Virus record (IMG/VR): IMGVR_UViG_3300037193_001286
Span: 1-64,000 of that record
Origin: a virus
Reading direction: 5' to 3' (one strand)
Length of the DNA: 64,000 bases
Shown in pieces: positions 9,001 to 18,657 of this stretch. Within the stretch, counting starts at the first letter, position 1. The number at the start of each line of letters is the position of its first letter. The position numbers were made by a program, and so were the translations under genes. The notes beneath the pieces were generated by a model. The model saw only the letters and a program-made list of their open reading frames with translations. It made no database searches and was not told the origin of the DNA.

Positions 9001-9463
9001 TGCGCACTACCTCGAATGGGAACTGAACGAGCACGTCCTGTTGCGAGTGCGTCGGGCACGAGCTATCGACGACTGAGCGATAAAGCCACCGACCGGGATA
9101 AACGCTTTCCGGCAGCTGAATATAGATTGTGGCATCGTCGGTTCGCTTGATCTCGGTCGACATGATGGGGCGACTGAGCACCACTGTTACTGGCGGCCCT
9201 CCCCCTTGATAGGTGAAGCTGGAAATGATTGTGCCGGGACAGGAGGCATTCCGCCGCGTGGACATCCGATAATGGAGGGCACCCCTGTAAGGAACGCTCT
9301 GGGAAATGTCGCTTGGCCCTTCGGTGACCTGGACGACCGGCCCCTCGACCGCGAAGTTATAGAGCACGCCGAACGAGATCGCCCCGGCAATAAGCGCAAC
9401 GCCTGCCGCCTGAGCGAACCAATACCACACGGTCGCGAGATATGCGGGGAACCTCATCGGCAC
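8990..9463 (-). CDS. membrane-anchored protein with probable periplasmic beta domain
   Basis: One N-terminal TM and two Cys; AGGAGG RBS; overlaps the ethylene-binding-domain gene. Confidence 0.6.
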   Translation of the reverse strand: MPMRFPAYLATVWYWFAQAAGVALIAGAISFGVLYNFAVEGPVVQVTEGPSDISQSVPYRGALHYRMSTRRNASCPGTIISSFTYQGGGPPVTVVLSRPIMSTEIKRTDDATIYIQLPESVYPGRWLYRSVVDSSCPTHSQQDVLVQFPFEVVRNVE

Positions 9464-9466
9464 CTC

Positions 9467-9682
9467 CTACTTCCAGCACTTCTGCGCCCGGCCGAACGCA
9501 TTGTGTGCGGCGACGCCCTTCCCTGTGGGCGTCAATTCCGGATCACTTGCCAACTTGACGGCTCCTCCGGGGACTACGGGAATCTTCCTCCACCCCGCGC
9601 AATTGCTGGCATTCGTCGTGCACCCCGCCACCAAGAAGCTCATTGCAAAGAGCAATGCCATCCAAACCTTGAATCCTGTCAT
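9467..9682 (-). CDS. o-spanin (Rz1-like lipoprotein)
   Basis: Lipobox LVAGC; overlaps the i-spanin in another frame. Confidence 0.7.
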   Translation of the reverse strand: MTGFKVWMALLFAMSFLVAGCTTNASNCAGWRKIPVVPGGAVKLASDPELTPTGKGVAAHNAFGRAQKCWK

Positions 9683-9839
9683 CGATCCGCTCCCTTTTTT
9701 CGATAGCGGCTATCGTGTCCTTCAATTGCTCTGTCCGCAGATCGCTACGGCCCTTCAGATAGCCAGCGCCGAACAACAGCACGGCGGCGATAAGTACCCC
9801 GGCGACAGCGCCCCATCTGCCGGTCAACAGAGCGATCAC
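9543..9839 (-). CDS. i-spanin (Rz-like)
   Basis: N-terminal TM plus helical domain, directly after the endolysin. Confidence 0.65.
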   Translation of the reverse strand: MIALLTGRWGAVAGVLIAAVLLFGAGYLKGRSDLRTEQLKDTIAAIEKRERIDDRIQGLDGIALCNELLGGGVHDECQQLRGVEEDSRSPRRSRQVGK

Positions 9840-10708
9840 GCCAGAGCCTCCTCATTCAGATTGAGCGCATCGACCAGGCGCTCCTTCTTGCGCTTGGCAT
9901 ACCAGCGATAAGCGATCCCGCCAGCAGCGAGCATGGCACCGCCGATGGCGAGCACGGCAACTGTCGTCGTGATCCAGTCCCCGGCCGAACTGAATGGCGT
10001 GAGTTGTTCCTGCAAGGTTTGCAGGGTGCCAGCTATACCTCCGGCACCAATGCCGCCGCCTGTCGCCGCATCGGCGGGTGCTGGCGATGGCGGCTGCTGA
10101 GCGTCTTCGATCTGCGCCTTGTTCTCGCCCCCCGCGATGAAGGCGACCTGCGCGACTTGCTTGCTGCCTTCGGCTTCTGCCTTTCCGATCTTGCGGACGC
10201 TCTCGACTCGTCTTGTCCAGCCGCCAGCGAACGTCGGCCATGGCTTGAGCGCCTTCAGAAATGACATGCGACGGTCGCACATTCGGTCGACCAATGCCGC
10301 GTGATTTTCCGTAGCGTCAATCGCGGCAAGAGTGCCAACCCCGATTACGCCATCGATCTTGCCGTGATAGGTCGAGCCAAGCGCCCGCTGTAGCCACTTG
10401 ATCGACTGTCTTGGACCACTGTTTACGGCCCCGTCAAAGACCGCGTAATCGACGCCTTTGGGGAGCTTGTCGCCCTGTATCGTAACCCAATATTGCTCGC
10501 GATAAATTTCGTCGCGCTCGTGCGCCGTCATCTGCTTGACTGAACGCGTCGGCAGTTTCTTACGGCGTCGATAGGCATCGTAAACGCGCTGCGTCACGCC
10601 CTGGTTGGTGGCCCCGCCCGGATCGAGCGGATGGTTGCTGTATCCGCCCTCATGGACGAGCACCCGCGCGAGACATGTCTTGAAGCGTGTGGATCGTGTG
10701 GTAGCCAC
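9836..10708 (-). CDS. GH108 endolysin with PG-binding domain and C-terminal TM
   Basis: 'HEGGYSNHPLDPGGATNQGVT', 'FDGAVNSG' and 'FAGGWTRRV'. Confidence 0.9.
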   Translation of the reverse strand: MATTRSTRFKTCLARVLVHEGGYSNHPLDPGGATNQGVTQRVYDAYRRRKKLPTRSVKQMTAHERDEIYREQYWVTIQGDKLPKGVDYAVFDGAVNSGPRQSIKWLQRALGSTYHGKIDGVIGVGTLAAIDATENHAALVDRMCDRRMSFLKALKPWPTFAGGWTRRVESVRKIGKAEAEGSKQVAQVAFIAGGENKAQIEDAQQPPSPAPADAATGGGIGAGGIAGTLQTLQEQLTPFSSAGDWITTTVAVLAIGGAMLAAGGIAYRWYAKRKKERLVDALNLNEEALA

Positions 10709-10727
10709 GACGTTACCTCATAGTAGG

Positions 10728-11057
10728 TTAGGCCCCTCCTGCGGCGGCATAGGCGTTCGATCTGGCATCCCAAATCTGGCCCATGGCGTATTCGATATCG
10801 CCGTCCGGAACTGCGTCGCCGCCACCACTTTCGAGTGTCGCGGCAATCGTCGGGTTTGATGCCGCGATGTGAAGTGCGAGCAGAATCGCCTTGTCCTCGC
10901 CAGTCATGACGCGACCCGCATAGGCCATCCTGTTGGCGTGGTTCGGGGTAGTGTCCGCTTCTGTCGCGACGTTCTGCGCAGCCTTAAGCGCAATGAACGC
11001 GACGCGGGTGTAGAAGGTGGGATTGGACGCGGCAGTGATGATGTCTTTGGTCGCCAT
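10728..11057 (-). CDS. hypothetical virion-associated protein
   Basis: AAGGAG RBS; lies in the late operon. Confidence 0.55.
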   Translation of the reverse strand: MATKDIITAASNPTFYTRVAFIALKAAQNVATEADTTPNHANRMAYAGRVMTGEDKAILLALHIAASNPTIAATLESGGGDAVPDGDIEYAMGQIWDARSNAYAAAGGA

Positions 11058-11071
11058 CGGTCGGTATCTCC

Positions 11072-11389
11072 TTATTGCGTGGGGAAAAGCTGGTTTGTTG
11101 AGCCGAAAATATCGGCAAGGGATGGCCCGCCTGTCAGGTCGGCCGGCGCGGTGGTGATTTGCTCGTTAAGGCTGGCTGTCGGTGGAACGTAGGGCTGGCG
11201 CGGGAAGTCTGGATTGTCTGCGAGCCATTGCCGAATGAGCGGCGAGATCCCATAAGGATCGTCCGGGCGCGAAACAAACCGGGTGTCATGGGTCGCCCCG
11301 GTAGTGTCGGTGATGTTGCAATCAACGAGGAAAACGTCTGCCTCGTTGGTGGTGTAGACTGCCGATACGGAATTCAGTTGTGGTTCCAT
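11072..11389 (-). CDS. putative tail fibre assembly protein
   Basis: Coupled to the tail fibre gene; 'RPDDPYG...PYVPP'. Confidence 0.5.
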   Translation of the reverse strand: MEPQLNSVSAVYTTNEADVFLVDCNITDTTGATHDTRFVSRPDDPYGISPLIRQWLADNPDFPRQPYVPPTASLNEQITTAPADLTGGPSLADIFGSTNQLFPTQ

Positions 11390-12645
11390 CAGGCTACCCT
11401 TTCAGCAAGTGTGAAACTGGCACCGCTCACCGTCGCTACCCCGCGCGCTCGCCACGTCCCCGCAAGCGCCGTGCCGGTTCCTGACAGGGTGTACAGTGTT
11501 GTTCCGGTGGCTAACCGAACGACGGCGGTGGCATTCCTATTGACCGAAGCATCGTCAATCAGGACCGTATGGCCGACTGGGAAACTCGTAGTGGTGTCGA
11601 CCGTCGTCGTTGATACCTGCGCAAAGCCGGTGCTGTTGATGCCGTCGAGCGTTCCCGCATTCACGAGACCGGACAGAGCAGCTGCAAGCTGCGACGGAGT
11701 CGACGGGCGAAGGTAGTTATTCGATACCGTGTCGATCTGCGTCATGATGAAGCCGATGGTGGCGTTCGTCGTGTCGTATTCCGACCGGAACAGGCGGGCC
11801 GCTATGTCACCACTGGAATCACGCTTGGCGAGCGTGTTGGCCGTCCCTGCGAGGGCATCAACCGGCTGATTGCCCGCGTGCCAAATCTCGTTGCCGAACG
11901 TAAGGGCTTTGTTGGTATCCCCTTCGAGCTGCAATGGATACGGCGCTTCGTATGCGCCGTCGCCGGTACGGTCGACCAGCACATAGAAATTTTGTCCATC
12001 GACGTGCATCCAAAAGTCATAGGCGCTCGCCGTCGTATCGGTGAGCTTGATACTTGGCGCAGCCGCTTGGACCTCAATCCCGGCCGTTGTGTTGGTGCCG
12101 ATGATGACTGTCTGCCCGCCTTCGGAGATGTTCAGTGTCCCGTCGACCGTGACAACGCCAGCGGTCGAGATGTTCAGGTATGACGTGAAAACGCCGCTCA
12201 CCCATTTGCCGAGGCGAAGCGTGGCGTTGTTTGCGCCGATCAGCCCGGCGCTGTTGGCGTCGTTGCCGAACATGAGCGCTGGCGTCGTGCTGTTCTGCCG
12301 GTTGACGGCAAAGACCGAATTGCCTTCCGCACCCGTCGTGACGCGCGCATCCTGTACGGCAACGAGGGCATTGGCGACGGCTGTCGACGTGCCATTGAAA
12401 ACCACTGCACTGTCGAGTGTGACAGTGCCGCCCATGTACCTAGAAACCGCTTCCCATGCAGTGTTGGCCGAGTTGCGCACCTGCATCCGGCCGGTGGAGG
12501 TGTTGAACCAGAGCTGCCCGGCAACCTTGACGGTCGGCTCGACCGTGCCGGAATTCGAGGAGAATAGCGCCGCGAGCGCTGCGTTGATGTCGGTGCGCAC
12601 CGCAAGGCCGGGACCGTTATCAATAACCTGATCGTGTTGCGCCAT
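11389..12645 (-). CDS. tail fibre protein
   Basis: 'MAQHDQVIDN..GLAVRTDINAAL...AGQLW' anchor, 'WHAGN' and terminal 'GTWR.RG'; follows TipJ. Confidence 0.75.
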   Translation of the reverse strand: MAQHDQVIDNGPGLAVRTDINAALAALFSSNSGTVEPTVKVAGQLWFNTSTGRMQVRNSANTAWEAVSRYMGGTVTLDSAVVFNGTSTAVANALVAVQDARVTTGAEGNSVFAVNRQNSTTPALMFGNDANSAGLIGANNATLRLGKWVSGVFTSYLNISTAGVVTVDGTLNISEGGQTVIIGTNTTAGIEVQAAAPSIKLTDTTASAYDFWMHVDGQNFYVLVDRTGDGAYEAPYPLQLEGDTNKALTFGNEIWHAGNQPVDALAGTANTLAKRDSSGDIAARLFRSEYDTTNATIGFIMTQIDTVSNNYLRPSTPSQLAAALSGLVNAGTLDGINSTGFAQVSTTTVDTTTSFPVGHTVLIDDASVNRNATAVVRLATGTTLYTLSGTGTALAGTWRARGVATVSGASFTLAERVA

Positions 12646-12657
12646 GGCGCGTCCTCC

Positions 12658-15600
12658 TTAATAACCGTGCGCCGACCAGTCGAAGGTGCGCGCGGCAGCG
12701 ATAAGCGCACCCCCGTTCAAAAGTTCTAGGTCGAAGCCGGTTCTTGACTTGTTGGTGATGCGGAATGTGTCGCCAGCGACGCCATTCTGAATCGCTACGG
12801 ATATCGACGGCGTGTAGGAGAATTTCACAGTGAAGTTGACGCGCATCTTGGCTTGCGTCCAAGCGACGTCGGCACCCTGCTCCATCTTCGAAGAGACGTC
12901 GGCGATGATCGACAATTCCTCGACGGCGACGTTCTGCCCGTCCGGCGCGTCCAGCCACGCCTGAAACTGGAAGCCGCGCCCGATGTACTCGCCGGATATG
13001 AACTGCGCCCATGGGGACCATACCGCTGTCCCCGACGCCGGATCGTTATCGGTCTGGCGAACGCGGATCGAAACCATCCCATCGCCGTCGTCAAATGTGC
13101 TGTCGAAGCTCTGATAATTGTCCACCAGACCGTTGCGCTGGTCGATGAAGACGTCGGACTCGTAAAACGGGAAGGCCAGCATATCGACGGAAAGGATGAC
13201 CGGAAAAACGCCGCCCATGTCGATCCTGTTGCTGAACGTATAGATGCCGGTTCCCACGTTCTCGTCGGTAATGACAATCCATTCCTGCGGTAGGCGGATT
13301 GAGACGTTGGATTTGCTGCCAGCCCATGTCGGGCTTTCGCTGATGCGGATGTATTGCTTGATCCGCTGCGTCGTAAGATTCGTTACGACTGTGCTGGCAT
13401 TGGCGGAAAAGATGCCGCTGATGTCGATGGCTTTGATGAGATACGTCCCCGGACGATAGGGCAATTCCGCCGTCGTCGCCGTGCCGGGGATTGAGGTGAG
13501 AACCTTGTTCGCGTTCACCCACGTCACGCCGCTGGTGCGCGACGAGTGGCGAATTTCGTAAGCACCGCCAATCATGACATCGAGTTCGGCAGACGGTGCC
13601 CACTGGAAAAGCGCGATGTCGCCTTTGACCTGAATGCGGAAATTGGCGACGTCGGCAGGTGGTGCGGTGCGCCCAATGACGGTGTACTTGATCTTTGTCG
13701 TAGCGCCGCGCCGACCGAGCATGCTGATCGGCGTCACCCATATATCGTAGTCGCCCTCCTGAACCTCGATATCGTGTGCCGTCTGGTCGACGCGCGTCCT
13801 GATCCAGTTGCCGTCCTTCGGCCGCCAGGCGATCTCGAACGCTGGCGCGGCCGATTGCCACGAAACCAGCATGCGAACGCCGATGGATATGGGCGACAGA
13901 GCGACAAGATAGTCTTTCGCATTGAGGCCGGAGATGCCCGGCACGCCGCCGATATTGGAGATGTCGACCTTCGGGAGGGGAACGTTCTTTTCGACGTATG
14001 CCCACTTTTCCGGCAGATGCCGAACCGCCGTCATTTCGTAGCGGTCACTTTCGCGTTGCCGGGCGGTCATGACGCGCCAGAGCGTCGGATTAAGATCGCT
14101 CGATGCAATCACGTAAATTGTGTCGGGCAATGGTGCCGTCGTAAAGGAGACGCCAAGCACTGTCCGCGATCCGGCCGAGGCGGTTACCTGCGATGTCGCC
14201 ACCGTCCCGTCAGGCAGCACGCATGAAGCGTAATAGACGCGTCCGGATACGATGGTGATCGGCGCATCGAGCGTCAGCTGCGTCTTCGTCGCCGCGACAA
14301 GCCTGCCGCCCCGGCGCTCGCCGCCGATATTGACATCCGCCACTTTGACGATGTCGCCCGGCCGCGCCCATGCCGCCTCAAGCCCGGCCACGAAATCGAC
14401 CGTCTCGGCTTCATAGTTGTCGGTGTACATCGCCCATTTGCCGACACGGATAGCCTGAGCTTCAGACGTGCAGCCGATGGCGTCGATTTCCTCGCGCAGC
14501 AGACCGTATTTGGAAATCGACGTGACATCCTCGACGAGGGCTGGCCGCCGCTCGCCCAGATTTTCCGGGTCGTTCCAGTAGACGGTGTACATGTTATGAC
14601 GGGCGCGAACGTCGCCACCGTGATAGTTGAATGCGCCGTCGATGACGTTGGCGTTGGTATAGAGCGCGACGGGATCGGACGGCATGTCGGCGATGGCGAC
14701 CATCTGCCCGCCAGACCAGTAGGTGGCACCCCGGAAGACAGAGGCCATAGAGGCAAGAAGATCGAACGCTTCCTGTTGGGAGCTGATCACCGCGTTACAG
14801 GTGAAGCGCGGCTCGGTTCCTCCTTGCCCGTTAGGCACCAGCCCATCGCACCACTGGGCGATCTTGTAGAGCGTCCATTTGTCGATATCGGTAGCCTTGA
14901 CGAAATCGCCGAGGCCGTAGCGACTTTGCGTCACAAGATCATAGAAAACCCACGCCGGATTGTTGGTCCATGCCTGCTTGAATGTCCCGGTCCATGTGCC
15001 TGTATACTTCCGCGTCTCCGGGTCGTAGTTCGATGGCACCTGCACCAAGAGGCCCTTGATGTCGTAGGTGCGCTTCGGGATCGACTGAAATTGCTCCGCG
15101 TCGATGGTCACGCCCATCACGGCAGACAGCGTGTAGTTCACCTTCGAATCGATGATCGACGTGAAGGAATCCCAATAGAGATCGTTTTGCAGTTTCAGTT
15201 GCGTCGAGTCGGCGGTGATGCGCCTGATCTGGATATCCCACGGCGGATTCCCGATCAGGTCGAATGTCAGGGATCGCTGGTAGCGGGTGTTCGTCTTGCC
15301 GCTGATCTCATGCCGGGTGACCAGCTGATAGCCGCCGCCATTCGACTGCAAATATATTTCGAAGATCAGGCTGGTGCCTCTGATGTCGCCGTCGTCTTCC
15401 TGCCTCTGAAGTGCCGGAACAGAGACCGTGACGCGACAGCGATCAATATCCCCGTTTATGATCGTGCGGGTGATCGGGGTCGTAGTCTTGACTTGCAGGT
15501 TTACGGCGGTTTCCGCCTGTTGCGCGGCAAAGCCCGACAGTAGCGGTTGGTCCGGCCAACCAGAGTTCCCGGCGATTGTCCAGTTCGAAAAGTTAGACGT

Positions 15601-15819
15601 TCCGTCAGCGTTCTCAACCGGCACGCCGTCGAAATAAACCGACTTCGCACCATCGACCGGGCCGACGATAGGCCCCTCGCTCAAAAGGTCGATGATGCGA
15701 GCGGTCTGTCTCGACTTCAGCGAGTTCGGGGCTTCGGTTCCGCCGCCGCCACCGCGACCGCGTTTACCGCCACCACCACTACCCGCAATGATCGCCGGGA
15801 ACTGGGAACGCATGTTCAT
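12658..15819 (-). CDS. tail tip / host specificity protein J
   Basis: 'IIDLLSEGPIVG', 'AWTNNPAWVFYD' and 'EPRFTCN' lambda J motifs. Confidence 0.9.
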   Translation of the reverse strand: MNMRSQFPAIIAGSGGGGKRGRGGGGGTEAPNSLKSRQTARIIDLLSEGPIVGPVDGAKSVYFDGVPVENADGTSNFSNWTIAGNSGWPDQPLLSGFAAQQAETAVNLQVKTTTPITRTIINGDIDRCRVTVSVPALQRQEDDGDIRGTSLIFEIYLQSNGGGYQLVTRHEISGKTNTRYQRSLTFDLIGNPPWDIQIRRITADSTQLKLQNDLYWDSFTSIIDSKVNYTLSAVMGVTIDAEQFQSIPKRTYDIKGLLVQVPSNYDPETRKYTGTWTGTFKQAWTNNPAWVFYDLVTQSRYGLGDFVKATDIDKWTLYKIAQWCDGLVPNGQGGTEPRFTCNAVISSQQEAFDLLASMASVFRGATYWSGGQMVAIADMPSDPVALYTNANVIDGAFNYHGGDVRARHNMYTVYWNDPENLGERRPALVEDVTSISKYGLLREEIDAIGCTSEAQAIRVGKWAMYTDNYEAETVDFVAGLEAAWARPGDIVKVADVNIGGERRGGRLVAATKTQLTLDAPITIVSGRVYYASCVLPDGTVATSQVTASAGSRTVLGVSFTTAPLPDTIYVIASSDLNPTLWRVMTARQRESDRYEMTAVRHLPEKWAYVEKNVPLPKVDISNIGGVPGISGLNAKDYLVALSPISIGVRMLVSWQSAAPAFEIAWRPKDGNWIRTRVDQTAHDIEVQEGDYDIWVTPISMLGRRGATTKIKYTVIGRTAPPADVANFRIQVKGDIALFQWAPSAELDVMIGGAYEIRHSSRTSGVTWVNANKVLTSIPGTATTAELPYRPGTYLIKAIDISGIFSANASTVVTNLTTQRIKQYIRISESPTWAGSKSNVSIRLPQEWIVITDENVGTGIYTFSNRIDMGGVFPVILSVDMLAFPFYESDVFIDQRNGLVDNYQSFDSTFDDGDGMVSIRVRQTDNDPASGTAVWSPWAQFISGEYIGRGFQFQAWLDAPDGQNVAVEELSIIADVSSKMEQGADVAWTQAKMRVNFTVKFSYTPSISVAIQNGVAGDTFRITNKSRTGFDLELLNGGALIAAARTFDWSAHGY

Positions 15820-16223
15820 TAGGCATTCTCCGGAATCCAACGCCGCTTGGACCGACCAGGCGGATAGTAGGTTTCAGGATCGGGTAACGGCGGCGGCGGC
15901 TCCTGCCGCAGCGCCTGGATGCTTTGAGTGATCTCATCCGACGTCGTCTGCTCCGATGCGGTCTGATCGGATGTGCCGATCTCGCTTGGCTCCGCTGCGG
16001 GGGTTGGCGTTGGAGTCGGTGCTGCCGGTTCCGGCGCTGGTGCAGGAGTAGGCTCTGGCGTCGGCGCTGGTTGCGACGGCTCCGGGGTTGGAGTCGGAGT
16101 AGGCGTCGGCGCTGGAGTCGGCGTCGGAGTGCCGGGAGTGGCCGGGGTGGCAGGCGTAGCCGGAGTGGCTGGTACAGCCGGATCGGTAGCCTGTGATTTT
16201 GCTTTACGCGTAGCCATGCTCAT
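15819..16223 (-). CDS. Pro/Thr-rich low-complexity protein
   Basis: AGGAGG RBS; (PAT)n/(PT)n repeats; TAATG coupling to J. Confidence 0.55.
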   Translation of the reverse strand: MSMATRKAKSQATDPAVPATPATPATPATPGTPTPTPAPTPTPTPTPEPSQPAPTPEPTPAPAPEPAAPTPTPTPAAEPSEIGTSDQTASEQTTSDEITQSIQALRQEPPPPLPDPETYYPPGRSKRRWIPENA

Positions 16224-16228
16224 TCCTC

Positions 16229-16822
16229 CTATGCTGGACGGTTCCAAACCCAATTGTTGCCGCTGGTCGTGCCGAGGTTTTCGGAGACCTCAAGCCCGGC
16301 CGAAACCACGACTGAGCCAACGAAGCAGCGGCCGTAAACGAGAGGGACAGGAACCCCCTGTTCGGTGACATTCTCCGGTCCGCTGAAGATGTAATTTTCG
16401 TTCTTGTTGCTATCCGCGCCGGTCGGCTTTTTCGGTTTCGGCGAGAGAAGCAGTGACGCGCCGACCAGGAGGCCGAGCGTGATCACCCCGGCGAGGACGT
16501 TTGCGGTAACGCCAGCCCCGACCAGCGCCGTCGTCAACGACAGGATCGGCGCGAAAATCCGGCCTTCGATGATCGGGCAGATATCCATTTCGCGAGAGAC
16601 CGGAAAATTCGCCACGTCCGGGCAGTTGGTCTCGTCTCGCCAGTCACCATCGACCAGAAGCGCGTAATGACCGACAGCAAGGAAGTCGCGCCGGAAGCCG
16701 GGAAAATTGGCGTCGAGCGCTTCTATGGCCTCACGCGGGGATGAGATCGCAAAGTGATGCTCCGCGCCGTATTGGCTGGCGAGAGGACCATGCAGACGAA
16801 CGGTGACGAGGTTATTCCTCAT
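16229..16822 (-). CDS. tail assembly protein I
   Basis: 'VRLHGPL...EAIEAL' and 'YIFSGPENVTEQGVPVPLVYG'. Confidence 0.85.
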   Translation of the reverse strand: MRNNLVTVRLHGPLASQYGAEHHFAISSPREAIEALDANFPGFRRDFLAVGHYALLVDGDWRDETNCPDVANFPVSREMDICPIIEGRIFAPILSLTTALVGAGVTANVLAGVITLGLLVGASLLLSPKPKKPTGADSNKNENYIFSGPENVTEQGVPVPLVYGRCFVGSVVVSAGLEVSENLGTTSGNNWVWNRPA

Positions 16823-17576
16823 AGGCTCGCCCCCATACCTGATAGTCCTTGGGAAGCGGCGGCGGTGCATCCAGCAGCGTTTCGTGGCGCAAATGCAGAA
16901 CCGTCGCCTGTTGATAGACGCCGCCATAGACTTCGCGGACGGAAAGCCGCCCAAGCATCTGGTGGAGCATCACATCTGGATGCAGGAAAAGGCCAAGGTG
17001 GTTGACGACCTTCGACGGCCAGATACGCATGCCGATCACGTCGCAATGCCGCCACTCGTCATTGACCTCGACGAACCCGGCATCCTTGAACTGTTGCGTG
17101 ATGATGTCCTCGCCGCGCTCCCACCAGAGCCAGCGACGATCAAAGTCCGGCAGATCCAGACCGGCGTAATCCTTCAGCCCGTCCCGGATCAGCCCGAAGC
17201 AGTCATGCGTTCCCCATGCCCATTTGCGGCCGATGAGAGGTGCGCGCCAGCCGCTAGGCTCGATCACCGCATAATTGCCGAGCGGCCAAGAGACGATGAG
17301 CCACGGCTTGCCGGTGGACTCGCACATTGCTCGATCCGCATCCGACGCGATTGGCGGACCGTAAACGTGGCTATGAACGATAGCCTCGATTACATGCTCC
17401 TTCGCCAGCGCGAGATATTCCTTCATGTCCATGACGAAGGTGTCGTAATCCGTCGCCCGGTTGGTGATGGGGAAGAACTCGCCGTCAGCCACCACCCCGC
17501 ACGACTCAAGCGGCTGGCACTCTTCCGCATGCGCGAGAGCTGCTTCGATGATCGTGTCGTTCGCCGCCCACGTCAT
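16812..17576 (-). CDS. tail protein K (JAB + NlpC/P60)
   Basis: 'ESCG', 'HSH...S.AD', 'DCFGL' and 'NHLG'. Confidence 0.88.
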   Translation of the reverse strand: MTWAANDTIIEAALAHAEECQPLESCGVVADGEFFPITNRATDYDTFVMDMKEYLALAKEHVIEAIVHSHVYGPPIASDADRAMCESTGKPWLIVSWPLGNYAVIEPSGWRAPLIGRKWAWGTHDCFGLIRDGLKDYAGLDLPDFDRRWLWWERGEDIITQQFKDAGFVEVNDEWRHCDVIGMRIWPSKVVNHLGLFLHPDVMLHQMLGRLSVREVYGGVYQQATVLHLRHETLLDAPPPLPKDYQVWGRAYEE

Positions 17577-18268
17577 TGGCGCACCAACAGGCTTGCGGGG
17601 AATGCTGACGTGCGCAGTATTCCCTTGCCGAAACGCGCCTCACAGGCGGAAATTGTCTTACGGCATTGATCCTTGGCAGGGTCGGTCGTCGCGTTGCCGT
17701 CGATGTCCTGAACTGGCGGACCGGCATAGGAGCATTCGGCGGATCGATAAACCCACTGGCACACTCCGGCGATGACCTGACGGCGCGGCAGATGGACGCC
17801 CTGCACGTCGAACTTCACCGCAAGCTCGATCTCGACGAAAACCGGGTTTTCATTCGCCTTTCGGGCCACGTAATAGATTTCATCGGGAAATGACGTTGCA
17901 GAATTGGCGTAAGGATTGCCGTTCGGGAAGTTCGCCGCGTCGAGGTATTTGCCGAGTGTGCGCTTGCGCGTCACCTTGGCGTTAAGGCCATCGGCGATCG
18001 AGCGGAGATAGTTCCCAAGCTCCCCGCCGATGTTGGCGGCTCGCAGCGTCGGGCGCGGCAATTTGTCGGCTACCGAAACCTCAAACCCGGTCGCCTCGAT
18101 TGGCAGCGGATCGTAGGTCTGGCCCTGCCAAATGATCGCGCCATTCGTGACGGTCGTTCCCGGATGCCAGCGCAAGATGCCGCCGCCGATGGCGGTCGCA
18201 TCCCAGACGAACATCTCCACCATTTCGAGTGCGCCCAACTGAGTGACGTCTGAACGGACGGTGCTCAT
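17573..18268 (-). CDS. minor tail protein L
   Basis: 'RKRTLGKYLDAANF' and the Fe-S Cys motif 'CQWVYRSAEC.Y...DQC.K..SAC..RF'. Confidence 0.9.
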   Translation of the reverse strand: MSTVRSDVTQLGALEMVEMFVWDATAIGGGILRWHPGTTVTNGAIIWQGQTYDPLPIEATGFEVSVADKLPRPTLRAANIGGELGNYLRSIADGLNAKVTRKRTLGKYLDAANFPNGNPYANSATSFPDEIYYVARKANENPVFVEIELAVKFDVQGVHLPRRQVIAGVCQWVYRSAECSYAGPPVQDIDGNATTDPAKDQCRKTISACEARFGKGILRTSAFPASLLVRQ

Positions 18269-18657
18269 GCGGTCACCCCGTAGGCTTTGACGAACTCGGC
18301 GGAAAGCGTGCCCCAGAACTCAGGCACCTTCACCCACCCCACCCGTTTGTTGCGCTTGTAAGTCCAGTCGACCTTCCATTTGTCGCACCAGACCTGGTGC
18401 AGGTTGCCGGTCGGCTGCTCCTTGAATAGGAAGGAGCTGCCTTTGCGCGCGATCAGGTAGGCGACCATCGCCTCGACCACGTCCTTCGGCCGGTTTTCCC
18501 AAGTGAGCGTCCACTTCATGTCGACGGCGTTGATGCCATCGAGCGTCCGCTGGGCGTAGCCATCACCGAAGCTGGCGACGCGCAGTCGCACGTCTTGCTG
18601 CCGACCGATGGTCGGGATGTCCGGGATCCAGCAAGTGACTGTTCCGTCGAAGGCCAT
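18265..18657 (-). CDS. minor tail protein M (distal tail)
   Basis: 'FGDGYAQR..DGIN'. Confidence 0.85.
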   Translation of the reverse strand: MAFDGTVTCWIPDIPTIGRQQDVRLRVASFGDGYAQRTLDGINAVDMKWTLTWENRPKDVVEAMVAYLIARKGSSFLFKEQPTGNLHQVWCDKWKVDWTYKRNKRVGWVKVPEFWGTLSAEFVKAYGVTA

